Origin: Moraxella nasicaprae
Lineage (GTDB): Bacteria; Pseudomonadota; Gammaproteobacteria; Pseudomonadales; Moraxellaceae
Length of the DNA stretch: 32,000 nucleotides
Assembly (NCBI RefSeq): GCF_025643275.1
Contig: NZ_CP089977.1
Location: forward strand, 1,860,001 to 1,892,000
Direction of reading: 5' to 3'
The position numbers were made by a program, and so were the translations under genes. Shown here one piece after another: positions 11,280-19,523 of this stretch (within the stretch, counting starts at the first letter, position 1; every line of letters starts with the position of its first letter). The notes beneath the pieces are model-generated. The model made no database searches, was not told the origin of the DNA, and worked only from the letters and a program-made list of their open reading frames with translations.

Positions 11280-12800
11280 TCAGTTTTTTAGAATATCGAC
11301 TTCTTCATCTTTTTCTAGTGTGCCAAATTTATCCACTAAGGTCTTGCTGGCTTGATTAAGACCAAAAATCTCAACCGCCGCCCCAAGTTTTTGGTATTTT
11401 TGCACCACTTTATCTAGGGCGGCAACCGCAGAAATATCCCAAAAATGAGCATGACTGACATCAATGCTGACCGATGTTGGACTGCCAGTATAATCAAAAC
11501 TTGCCACAAAATCATCTTTTGATGCAAAAAACACTTGACCAGCCACGCCATACGCCAATGTCTGCGTGTCATCGGTTGGCAAAGGGCGAACTAGCATGTA
11601 TCGACCAATTTTGTGAGCGAAAAATAGTGCAGACAGTAGAACGCCAGCCAAGACACCCAGTGCTAAATTGTGACTATATACAACGATGGCGACCGTGCTT
11701 AGCATCACGACATTAAAGCCAATGGGGTGGGTTTTGAGTTTTTTGATGGATTGCCAATCAAAAGTACCCAAAGACACCATAATCATCACTGCCACCAACG
11801 CAGCCATGGGGATAATTTTGATGACATCGCTCAAAAACACCACCAAAATCAACAAAAACACCCCAGCCACCAGCGCGGAAAGGCGTGTGCGACCCCCTGA
11901 TTTAATGTTAATGACCGATTGTCCAATCATGGCACACCCTGCCATACCGCCAAACAGACCGCTGACAATATTGGCAAGCCCTTGACCTTGGCATTCTTTA
12001 TTTTTATCGCTGTCGGTTTCGGTCATTTCATCAAGCATATTGGCGGTCAGCAGTGATTCTAGCAAGCCAACCGCAGCAAGACTGAGCGAATAAGGCAGGA
12101 TAATCAATAAAGTATCAAGGTTTAATGGCACATCAGGCAATAAAAATATCGGCAAACTGTCTGGTAATTTACCCATGTCGCCCACCGTACGCACTTTAAA
12201 ACCTAGCCATAAGCTGATGAGTGTGACCAAAACCACCGTCACCAAAGTGGCAGGAATGAGTTTACCAATTTTTGGCAAATAGCCAAATCCATAGACAATC
12301 ACCAGCCCCAATGCGGTCAAAGCATAAGTTTGCCAAGACACACCTGCCAGATTTGGATTTAACTCTGGCATCTGTGCCATGAACACCAAAATCGCCAACG
12401 CATTGACAAAACCAACCATCACCGCCTGTGAGATAAATCGGGTCAGATTGCCCAGCTTAAACGCACCAGCCAGTATCTGAATGACACCTGTCAATAGTGT
12501 GGTGGCAAGCATGTATTGCAGTCCGTGATGTTTTACCAAGCTGACCAGTACCAATGCCATCGCACCAGTTGCTGCACTAATCATCGCTGGACGACCGCCA
12601 AAAAATGCACTCATCACAGCAATGCAAAATGAGGCGTACAATCCCACTTTGGGGTCAACGCCAGCAATGATAGAAAAAGCAATGGATTCAGGAATCAACG
12701 CCAATGCGACCGCCAGACCAGACAGGACATCAGCACGAGTGTTGGAGAGCCAATTTTGGCGAAACTCTTTGGGATTAAACGCAGAAAATAGGGTATTCAT
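11280..12800 (-). CDS. SulP family inorganic anion transporter with C-terminal STAS domain
   Basis: [26 protein letters not shown], many TM segments, and a STAS-like tail ([23 protein letters not shown]). The start is uncertain: 12800 (MNTLF), 12827 (MAGF) and 12863 are all possible. Confidence 0.88.
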   Translation of the reverse strand: MNTLFSAFNPKEFRQNWLSNTRADVLSGLAVALALIPESIAFSIIAGVDPKVGLYASFCIAVMSAFFGGRPAMISAATGAMALVLVSLVKHHGLQYMLATTLLTGVIQILAGAFKLGNLTRFISQAVMVGFVNALAILVFMAQMPELNPNLAGVSWQTYALTALGLVIVYGFGYLPKIGKLIPATLVTVVLVTLISLWLGFKVRTVGDMGKLPDSLPIFLLPDVPLNLDTLLIILPYSLSLAAVGLLESLLTANMLDEMTETDSDKNKECQGQGLANIVSGLFGGMAGCAMIGQSVINIKSGGRTRLSALVAGVFLLILVVFLSDVIKIIPMAALVAVMIMVSLGTFDWQSIKKLKTHPIGFNVVMLSTVAIVVYSHNLALGVLAGVLLSALFFAHKIGRYMLVRPLPTDDTQTLAYGVAGQVFFASKDDFVASFDYTGSPTSVSIDVSHAHFWDISAVAALDKVVQKYQKLGAAVEIFGLNQASKTLVDKFGTLEKDEEVDILKN

Positions 12801-12998
12801 AATAAAGGATTGGTTAAAACCAGCCATTGTAACATCAAAATACAATCGTGCAAAGTTTGCCAAGCCAGATTTATATCATTGGTTTTGTTATTAAAAATTG
12901 CTTATTTTGTAAATAAAACCAATCATTAAGAGTGCAACAGCACAATAAGATGATTGGCAAAAGCCATTAGCGATGACACAACCTGTCAATTTGCTTTG

Positions 12999-13268
12999 TT
13001 ATACTGCATTTGATGACGAGCATTGTGGGTTTTTGTTCTGATGAATGAGTTGCAAACCAACCAAAGGATCGATTTGTAATGCCTGACAATACCAAACAAA
13101 TTCTACAATATCAAGGCGACGATCACCTTCTTCGACTCGCTGCACATAAGAATGAGGCTTGCCCAATCGCTGGGCAAGCTGTCGCATGGTAAGTCGATGT
13201 TCTAGCCGTTCTTGGCGTAACCAATGGCGAAGGGCTATCATTTCTGAGCTATAAATACTTTTTGTCAT
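12999..13268 (-). CDS. XRE family helix-turn-helix transcriptional regulator
   Basis: LRQERLEHRLTMRQLAQRLGKPHSYVQRVEEGDRRLDIVEF is a typical Cro/C1-type HTH. It is divergent from the WYL regulator. Confidence 0.8.
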   Translation of the reverse strand: MTKSIYSSEMIALRHWLRQERLEHRLTMRQLAQRLGKPHSYVQRVEEGDRRLDIVEFVWYCQALQIDPLVGLQLIHQNKNPQCSSSNAV

Positions 13269-13305
13269 TCGCTATATTTACGATATATTGACAAATTACC
13301 CAAAA

Positions 13306-13343
13306 TGAGTACAATTAGAAAATTTTGTACCTATATTGAGTAC
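13306..13343. promoter_or_regulatory. candidate operator in the XRE / WYL divergent intergenic region
   Basis: Inverted repeat GTACAA-N10-TTGTAC at 13309-13330. Direct repeat TGAGTAC at 13306-13312 and 13337-13343, 31 bp apart. No promoter hexamers assigned. Confidence 0.3.
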
Positions 13344-13441
13344 GATTTTTTTTGGGTGATATTGCTACTAAAAATCATCTTGTTCATCAAGAATGTTATG
13401 ATATATTGATAATTTTATCTTATGAAATAGGAAATCAATCA

Positions 13442-14329
13442 ATGAGCAAATCGCTGCATGAAAAATTGGCATATCGACTGGCGGATATACTAACCATGCT
13501 CAATACTGGCGAGAGTTTATCAGTCGATGATTTGGCACAAAAATATCAAGTCAGTCGCCGAACCATCATGCGAGATATTGATGAGCGTCTGGCGTTCTTA
13601 CCCTTAGAAAAACAAGCGGGTCACTATCGATTGTCGGTGAATTATCTTGGACAGCTAAGCTACAAAGACATTCGCAATTTTGCTCAGATTTCTGGCATTG
13701 CTAAGCTATATCCCAATCTTGATGTTTCTTTTTTAAGAGAGATTTTAGACGAAAGAGCCGCGCAGGTGTATTCGGTCAAAGGCTATACATTTGAAGATGC
13801 TACGCAGTTTGAGGATTTAATTAGCCAAATTAAACAATCAATTCAGGAACAGCGTGAGATTTCTTTTGTATATAAAGGTGGTTCAAGACAGGTCAAACCA
13901 TACCAAATCGTTCATCATCGAGGGTGCTGGTATTTGGCGGCGGTCAAAGATGATGAATTGAAAGCCTATCGCCTAAGCAGAATGAGCAAGCTGTCTATTT
14001 TGGCACAAAAATTTGATGTTCAAACCGAATTTGTAGAACAACTCAAACAAAGTGAGAGTATTTGGTTTGGCAAAAATAAAGTTGAAGTTATCTTAAAAGT
14101 TAACGCAACAGTGGCTGCTCATTTTGCTCAAAGAAAGCTGTTGCCAGAGCAAAAATTAATCAAGGAACTGGATAATGGAGATTTGTTGTTATCTAGTGTG
14201 ATTGTTGATGAAAAACAGATTTTTCCTTTGGTTCGCTATTGGCTGCCGCATCTAAAAATCATCAGTCCAGATGGCTGGCAAGAACGATTGGAAGATGGGC
14301 TAAAAGATTATCTTGGTATGGGAGAGTGA
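13442..14329 (+). CDS. HTH + WYL domain transcriptional regulator (BrxR/CapW-like architecture)
   Basis: N-terminal DeoR-like HTH (LSVDDLAQKYQVSRRTIMRDIDE). Central WYL block (RQVKPYQIVHHRGCWYLAAVKDDELKAYRLSRM). Start trimmed to MSKSL. Confidence 0.85.
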   Translation: MSKSLHEKLAYRLADILTMLNTGESLSVDDLAQKYQVSRRTIMRDIDERLAFLPLEKQAGHYRLSVNYLGQLSYKDIRNFAQISGIAKLYPNLDVSFLREILDERAAQVYSVKGYTFEDATQFEDLISQIKQSIQEQREISFVYKGGSRQVKPYQIVHHRGCWYLAAVKDDELKAYRLSRMSKLSILAQKFDVQTEFVEQLKQSESIWFGKNKVEVILKVNATVAAHFAQRKLLPEQKLIKELDNGDLLLSSVIVDEKQIFPLVRYWLPHLKIISPDGWQERLEDGLKDYLGMGE

Positions 14330-14330
14330 G

Positions 14331-14537
14331 ATGTCATTTATTACCCCTAATATTTCGACGCCAAAGAAGTTTAAATGCACCAGCTGTGGCAAAGTGTACA
14401 CTAAGATGACAGAAGACCCGATGCCTCTACTGCATTTATTTACAAAATCAGATACGCCTCAGGAAGGTAAATGTGATGATTGCAAAAGTCTGACCGAAAA
14501 ACTTCTATCACTGGCAAAGTTTAGTGTGATTCGTTGA
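14331..14537 (+). CDS. small zinc-ribbon-like protein (CxxC...CxxC)
   Basis: MSFITPNISTPKKFKCTSCGK...GKCDDCKS. A GGAGAG Shine-Dalgarno sequence. The ATG lies 1 nt after the WYL gene stop, so the two are translationally coupled. Confidence 0.6.
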   Translation: MSFITPNISTPKKFKCTSCGKVYTKMTEDPMPLLHLFTKSDTPQEGKCDDCKSLTEKLLSLAKFSVIR

Positions 14538-14603
14538 AAGCGGTTGATAGCCAATGTGGTATTGATTATTTTTAGTGGATTAGTGTGGGTGTTTTGATCG
14601 TTC

Positions 14604-14885
14604 ATGATTCCAATGTTGAACATATCAGATTTAACGACATTTCCTTGTACAGCTTGTGGTCAATGCTGTCGACGAATTCATCTTAGTGAAATGACAGCAT
14701 TTTTGGACAGAGGGGACGGTATTTGTCACCATTTGGATTGTCAGACAAATTTGTGTCAGATTTATAATGACAGACCGCTGGTTTGTCGAGTGGAGGACTA
14801 TTATAAAACTTATCTTATCAATCAAATTTCTTGGGAGGAGTTTGTTGACATCAATGTGCAAGTGTGTAAAAACTTGCAAAACTAA
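14604..14885 (+). CDS. YkgJ family cysteine-cluster (Zn/Fe-chelating) protein
   Basis: The CxxCxxCC motif (FPCTACGQCCRR) plus downstream Cys residues (ICHHLDCQTNLCQIYNDRPLVCR) are typical of the UPF0153/YkgJ family. Confidence 0.75.
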   Translation: MIPMLNISDLTTFPCTACGQCCRRIHLSEMTAFLDRGDGICHHLDCQTNLCQIYNDRPLVCRVEDYYKTYLINQISWEEFVDINVQVCKNLQN

Positions 14886-14966
14886 TAGCAGACAAAGTCT
14901 AACCAAATAAAATGAATTTGCATTCTGTAATTGTAAAATTAATTTAATCATGTATAGGAGTTATCT

Positions 14967-15821
14967 ATGAATGCCAAGCAAAGAGTTGAGCGGTTAATCA
15001 AACAGGCTCAGTTAATTTTGAAAGAAAAAAAACATCAATTAGACACAAATAACGAGTCAGAGACCCCTGTTGTTGCAACTTGGGGTTTGATGAACGCAGG
15101 TAAAAGTTATTTGCTAAATATGCTAACTCATAATATTGATAAAGAATATTTTAAAACGAATGACATTAGGGAAACTGCCGAAGTTCATCGACTGGTTGCG
15201 GATGGTTGCGTATTTTTGGACACTCCTGGTTTAGATGCCAATGCCGAAGATAATGCAGAAGCTTTAAAGGGTGTGGCGCAGGCAGATGTGGTGCTATTTG
15301 TTCATCAGCTACAAGGTGAATTAGAGCAGGTAGAAGTTGATTTTCTTAAAGAGGTGGCAAATTCTTTTGGCAAATATGCTTCTGAAAATATCATTATTGT
15401 CATTAGTAAAATTGATAAAGAATCACCAGAAAAAGTTAAAGAAATTCAGGAGAAAATCCTAAAACAATGCCGTGACGAACTAGGATTTTCACCACAATGT
15501 TTTCAAATCTCCAATACTCGCTATCACAAAGGCGAGAAAGAGCATAAAGATGTGCTGATTGAGCAAAGTCATATTTTACTTCTAAGAGACCATATCCAAA
15601 AGCTCATCAAGGAAAATGCTAATCATGTTAGAAAGCAAAGAAAAAATCATAAACTACAACAGTATCAGACTGAATTGGTGGCTATTGAGCGAGAGTTGAA
15701 GCAGTTGCAGACAGAGATATTTACGCCATATTATCAAGCTTTGAAAAAAGTCGATGACCATATCCTTGATGTGATCAGACCCGAAGTCAAAGCTCGTGAA
15801 AAGCAATACAATGAACTATGA
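14967..15821 (+). CDS. minimal dynamin-family P-loop GTPase (G domain plus coiled-coil tail)
   Basis: G1 GLMNAGKS, G3 FLDTPGLDA, G4-like VISKIDK. The C-terminal roughly 90 aa are K/E/Q-rich and helical. AGGAG Shine-Dalgarno sequence. Confidence 0.85.
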   Translation: MNAKQRVERLIKQAQLILKEKKHQLDTNNESETPVVATWGLMNAGKSYLLNMLTHNIDKEYFKTNDIRETAEVHRLVADGCVFLDTPGLDANAEDNAEALKGVAQADVVLFVHQLQGELEQVEVDFLKEVANSFGKYASENIIIVISKIDKESPEKVKEIQEKILKQCRDELGFSPQCFQISNTRYHKGEKEHKDVLIEQSHILLLRDHIQKLIKENANHVRKQRKNHKLQQYQTELVAIERELKQLQTEIFTPYYQALKKVDDHILDVIRPEVKAREKQYNEL

Positions 15822-15833
15822 TGAGAGATTGGT

Positions 15834-16586
15834 ATGTGGAAATATTTACTTGGTGGAAGTATTCCAACTACAACAGCAAGAAACCCTATTGAAGAAAGAA
15901 TTGTTAAAAAAACACTTTCGAGTGTTTTAGGTAATAATGATGGTGATTATGACGACGATGACGGCGAGGATCTTGAAGAGGCACGCCGAGAAAAAGCTCG
16001 TTCAGAGATTTTAACTTCACTAAGTGAATACTTAGAAAAAGAAGGGAATCAGCTGATGAGCATCTTGGTTGAGCAAGGCATTGTTCAGTCGATGGTGTGT
16101 AAGCCTTATGTGGTACCTGCACGTGTTTCACTCTTCGGGTGGTTACCTATAACATTAGGGATGGAGATTAGAGTTTTCACAAATGATAAAAGTGCTCGTG
16201 ATTCATTGCGTGCGAGTGAAGATGTATTTAAACCTTTATCGATCCTCGGTAATGGTAAAAGAATTGAAGAACATTCACTACCAAGTTTTATAGAAAACTC
16301 TATTCAAAACATTGATTTAAATCAAGTATTGGATAAATCAGGCAAAAAATCTGAACTCGGTCGTGTGTTTGCCACTTCTAAGAAGTGGGCGTATTTTGCT
16401 CCCACCAAAGGAGCTGATAACCAGCGATTTATTTTCCAGAGAGTGACTGCCAATTTTTATTCATTGTATGATTGTGTTTTGACACCAACTGATGAATTTT
16501 GTCAGGATATGGAGCTGTTATCCCAGCTTGATGACGCATTGCAAAAAATTGAACAAGAAGTACATCAGATAACTAAATCGGTCTGA
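15834..16586 (+). CDS. paralog family member 1 (no hydrophobic N-terminus; poly-Asp tract; conserved N and C modules)
   Basis: 250 aa. GDYDDDDGEDLEEARREKARSEILTSLSEYLEKEGNQLMSIL ... FIFQRVTANFYSLYDCVLTPTDEFCQDMELLS. No family recognised. Confidence 0.8.
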   Translation: MWKYLLGGSIPTTTARNPIEERIVKKTLSSVLGNNDGDYDDDDGEDLEEARREKARSEILTSLSEYLEKEGNQLMSILVEQGIVQSMVCKPYVVPARVSLFGWLPITLGMEIRVFTNDKSARDSLRASEDVFKPLSILGNGKRIEEHSLPSFIENSIQNIDLNQVLDKSGKKSELGRVFATSKKWAYFAPTKGADNQRFIFQRVTANFYSLYDCVLTPTDEFCQDMELLSQLDDALQKIEQEVHQITKSV

Positions 16587-16622
16587 TGTTCAATACATTT
16601 ATTATCTTTTAGGAGTATAAAG

Positions 16623-17555
16623 ATGGCATTACCATTCTTGATTGGCGGTGCTGTGCTAGTTGGCGGAGCTTTGCTTGCTGCTGCTAGTAGCTCTGGTGGA
16701 AACTATGATGACGACGATGATGGCGAGGATCTTGAAGAGGCACGCCGAGAAAAAGCTCGTTCAGAGATTTTAACTTCACTAAGTGAATACTTAGAAAAAG
16801 AAGGGAATCAGCTGATGAGCATCTTGGCTGAGCAAGGCATTGTTCAGCCGATGGTGTGTAAGCCTTATGTGGCAACCATTAAAAAACCTGATGCATTGTT
16901 GGTTAGAATTTTTTCAAGAGCAAATAATGGCAAGGGTGTCAATTCCCAGAATCAATCAAGAGTTCCAATGCCAAGACGACGCAATCATGAACCAAGATTT
17001 AATGATTGGAATTCATCAATATTAGATCATGGGTTGAATTATGGCGGGAATAGACCAAGACGACGCAATCATGAACCAAGATTTAATGATTGGAATTCAT
17101 CAATATTAGATCATGGGTTGAATTATGGCGGGAATAGACCAAGACGACGCAATCATGAACCAGGATTTAATTATTGGAGTTCATCAATATTAGATCATGG
17201 GTTGATTTATGGTGGGAATAGACCAAGACGACGCAATTATGTAGTTGATGATAGAATTAAAAAAGGTTTGTTATCGGATTTTATCGAGCGCTCCATGACA
17301 CCTAATGAATCGGGCAGCATGTCAGCACTTGGCCATGTTTTTGCTACTTCTAAGAAATGGGCGTATTTTGCTCCAAAAAAAGGAGCTGATAACCAGCGAT
17401 TTATTTTCCAGCGAGTGACTGCCAATTTTTATTCACTGTATGATTGTGTTTTGACACCAACTGATGAATTTTGTCAGGATATGAGATTGCTTTCGAGAAT
17501 TAATACTACTTTGCGGAAAATTTCGCAAGAAACACATCAAACCAAACCGGTCTGA
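16623..17555 (+). CDS. paralog family member 2 (Gly/Ala hydrophobic N-terminus, poly-Asp, 28-aa tandem repeats in centre)
   Basis: 310 aa. MALPFLIGGAVLVGGALLAAASSSGGNYDDDDDGEDLEE... The centre holds 3.2 copies of RPRRRNHEPRFNDWNSSILDHGLNYGGN. The C-terminal module is conserved. AGGAG Shine-Dalgarno sequence. Confidence 0.85.
   Translation: MALPFLIGGAVLVGGALLAAASSSGGNYDDDDDGEDLEEARREKARSEILTSLSEYLEKEGNQLMSILAEQGIVQPMVCKPYVATIKKPDALLVRIFSRANNGKGVNSQNQSRVPMPRRRNHEPRFNDWNSSILDHGLNYGGNRPRRRNHEPRFNDWNSSILDHGLNYGGNRPRRRNHEPGFNYWSSSILDHGLIYGGNRPRRRNYVVDDRIKKGLLSDFIERSMTPNESGSMSALGHVFATSKKWAYFAPKKGADNQRFIFQRVTANFYSLYDCVLTPTDEFCQDMRLLSRINTTLRKISQETHQTKPV
16971..17237 (+). repeat. in-frame 84-bp tandem repeat, about 3.2 copies, inside paralog 2
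   Basis: Units start at 16971, 17055, 17139 and 17223 (partial). Units 1 and 2 read identical by eye. Unit 3 has a handful of substitutions. Confidence 0.9.
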
Positions 17556-17591
17556 TGTTCAATATATTTATTATCTGTTAGGAGTATAAAG

Positions 17592-18320
17592 ATGCCATTA
17601 CCATTATTGATTGGCGGTGCTCTACTTGGCGGAGCTTTACTTGCTGCTGGTAGCTCTGGTGGAAACCATGACGACGATGACGACGAGGATCTTGAAGAGG
17701 CACGCCGAGAAAAAGCTTGTTCAGAGATTCTAACTTCACTAAGTGAATACTTGGAAAAAGAAGGGAATCAGCTGATGAGCATCTTGGCTGAGCAAGGCAT
17801 TGTTCAGTCGATGGTGTGTAAGTCTGATGTGGCAACCATTGGAAAGCCTGATGTATTGTCGGTTAGAATTTTCGCAAGAAATAATCGGCGTGCCAATACT
17901 CCAATTTCATCTCCATCAGTATCTGGTGCATCATTTGGTTTTGCCGTTAATAGTATCTTTGGTGTCCTCCTTGGTAACTCGACTCAAAAAATCAAAGAGT
18001 ATTCACTGTCAAGTTTTATAGAAAACTCTATTCAAAACATTGATTTAAATCAAGTATTGGATAAATCAGACAAAAAATCTGAACTTGGTCGTGTGTTTGC
18101 CACTTCTAAGAAATGGACGCATTTTGCTCCAAAAAAAGGAGTTGATACTCATCGATTTATTTTCCAGCGAGTGACTGCCAATTTTTATTCACTGTATGAT
18201 TGTGTTTTGACACCAACTGATGAATTTTGTCAGGATATGGAGCTGTTATCCCGGCTTGATGACACATTGCAAAAAATTAAACAAGAAGTACGTCAGATAA
18301 ATAAATCTTTAATACATTGA
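17592..18320 (+). CDS. paralog family member 3 (Gly/Ala hydrophobic N-terminus, poly-Asp)
   Basis: 242 aa. MPLPLLIGGALLGGALLAAGSSGGNHDDDDDEDLEE... The centre is unique or mosaic. The C-terminal module is conserved. AGGAG Shine-Dalgarno sequence. Confidence 0.85.
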   Translation: MPLPLLIGGALLGGALLAAGSSGGNHDDDDDEDLEEARREKACSEILTSLSEYLEKEGNQLMSILAEQGIVQSMVCKSDVATIGKPDVLSVRIFARNNRRANTPISSPSVSGASFGFAVNSIFGVLLGNSTQKIKEYSLSSFIENSIQNIDLNQVLDKSDKKSELGRVFATSKKWTHFAPKKGVDTHRFIFQRVTANFYSLYDCVLTPTDEFCQDMELLSRLDDTLQKIKQEVRQINKSLIH

Positions 18321-18341
18321 TTATCTTTTAGGAGTATAAAG

Positions 18342-18938
18342 ATGCCATTACCATTATTGATTGGCGGTGCCGCTCTACTTGGTGGAGCTTTGCTTGCTGC
18401 TGCTAGTAGCTCTGGTGGAAACTATGACGACGATGATGACGGCGAGGATCTTGAAGAGGCACGCCGAGAAAAAGCTCGTTCAGAGATTCTAACTTCACTA
18501 AGTGAATACTTAGAAAAAGAAGGGAATCAGCTGATGAGTGTCTTGACTGAGCAGGGTATTCTTGAACCAACCTCATGCTCGTTTGAGACAGATGATATCG
18601 ACTTAGATGATGAGTTGGAAATCTGTGTTTTTGATAGAGATGACATGAAGGAAAGTCAATTTGAGCTACTCCTTGATGAAGCCATTGAAGACATGGATCA
18701 TTATAGAGATCATGAAGTCAATCTCTTTAAGCAGACGATTCGTTACAAATATCTTAATAGAATTCAGCCCGATGCCCAATCTGTATTTCAAAGAGTGTCG
18801 GTGAACTTTTATTCATTGTATAAAAATTCATTGTATAGCAATGGTTTTACACTCACTGAGGAGTTTCGCCAAGATATGAGATTGCTGTCAAAAATTGATA
18901 AAGAGCTATACAAAATCAAACAGCAGGCCGACACCTAG
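18342..18938 (+). CDS. paralog family member 4 (Gly/Ala hydrophobic N-terminus, poly-Asp, acidic divergent centre)
   Basis: 198 aa. Same N-terminal module. The C-terminal module has diverged (VFQRVSVNFYSLYKNS...LTEEFRQDMRLLS). Confidence 0.85.
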   Translation: MPLPLLIGGAALLGGALLAAASSSGGNYDDDDDGEDLEEARREKARSEILTSLSEYLEKEGNQLMSVLTEQGILEPTSCSFETDDIDLDDELEICVFDRDDMKESQFELLLDEAIEDMDHYRDHEVNLFKQTIRYKYLNRIQPDAQSVFQRVSVNFYSLYKNSLYSNGFTLTEEFRQDMRLLSKIDKELYKIKQQADT

Positions 18939-18973
18939 GCGAATTATTAAACTAAATCTCTTGGGAGGATAAA

Positions 18974-19492
18974 ATGTCCCTTAGTGCAAAAGAAGCTCAA
19001 ATATTATTAGACGAATACTTGGAGATGAGCAAAAGGCAATTGATGGATATTTTATCCAGCCATGGGATTGCTCAGCCAAGGCAATACACTTCCGCTGTCC
19101 AACTTTCTGAAAATCGTCATCGGTCTTTATTTGACAGAAATGATAAAAATGAAATATTTGGCGTATCGTTAGAAAGAACGATTGTGGAGATTAGCCGAGT
19201 TATTGAAACCAGTCGTGCCATCGATGCTGTTTCAGGTGCCACCTTTGATGATGATATTCTTGATGGTACTGATGATTATGCTTATCGATATTTTTTAAAC
19301 ACCATTGCTGACTCTCAACGATGGTCGCATCTTAATTTACTAAAAAGCGATGCTCAACGACTTTTCCAAAGAGTGATTTTTAATTTTGGTGTGTTGTATG
19401 AATCTGGTTTGGTACTAACAGATGAATTCTTACAGGACATCAGATTGCTTTTGGAAATCAATGACCTGCTAAAAGAAATTGCTGGTTCTTAG
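18974..19492 (+). CDS. paralog family member 5 (most diverged; lacks the hydrophobic and poly-Asp N-terminus)
   Basis: 172 aa. It retains only the cores EYLE..QLM.IL...GI.Q and LFQRVIFNFGVLYESGLVLTDEFLQDIRLLL. GGGAGG Shine-Dalgarno sequence. Confidence 0.8.
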   Translation: MSLSAKEAQILLDEYLEMSKRQLMDILSSHGIAQPRQYTSAVQLSENRHRSLFDRNDKNEIFGVSLERTIVEISRVIETSRAIDAVSGATFDDDILDGTDDYAYRYFLNTIADSQRWSHLNLLKSDAQRLFQRVIFNFGVLYESGLVLTDEFLQDIRLLLEINDLLKEIAGS

Positions 19493-19523
19493 TGATGATT
19501 TAAACAATAAAGAGGTATATATT

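Larger units (their letters stand above)
15834..18938 (+). repeat. tandem array of four close paralogous genes (a fifth, diverged copy follows at 18974-19492)
   Basis: Nearly identical 151-nt 5' blocks at 15963-16113, 16722-16872 and 17682-17832, with a shorter one from 18441. Conserved 3' blocks and conserved intergenic sequence (ttattatcttttaggagtataaagATG) precede copies 2-4. Confidence 0.9.

Noticed and set aside
15904-16131. Antisense ORFs of 63-85 aa at 15904-16131, 16684-16875 and 17578-17835, with near-identical translations.
   Set aside because: They lie opposite the conserved N-module of paralogs 1-3, so their similarity is a by-product of the repeated sense-strand sequence. They have no Shine-Dalgarno sequence and a His/Arg/Pro-rich shadow-frame composition.
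16971-17237. Possible CRISPR array or noncoding satellite, suggested by regular 84-bp periodicity.
   Set aside because: The units are directly abutting with no spacers. They stay in frame with the surrounding ORF and encode a coherent 28-aa peptide repeat. No cas genes are present.
19479-19523. A longer start for GTPase 2 that overlaps the end of paralog 5.
   Set aside because: The ATG at 19524 has a proper AGAGG Shine-Dalgarno sequence and spacing. The upstream codons lie within the paralog 5 coding sequence and the spacer.
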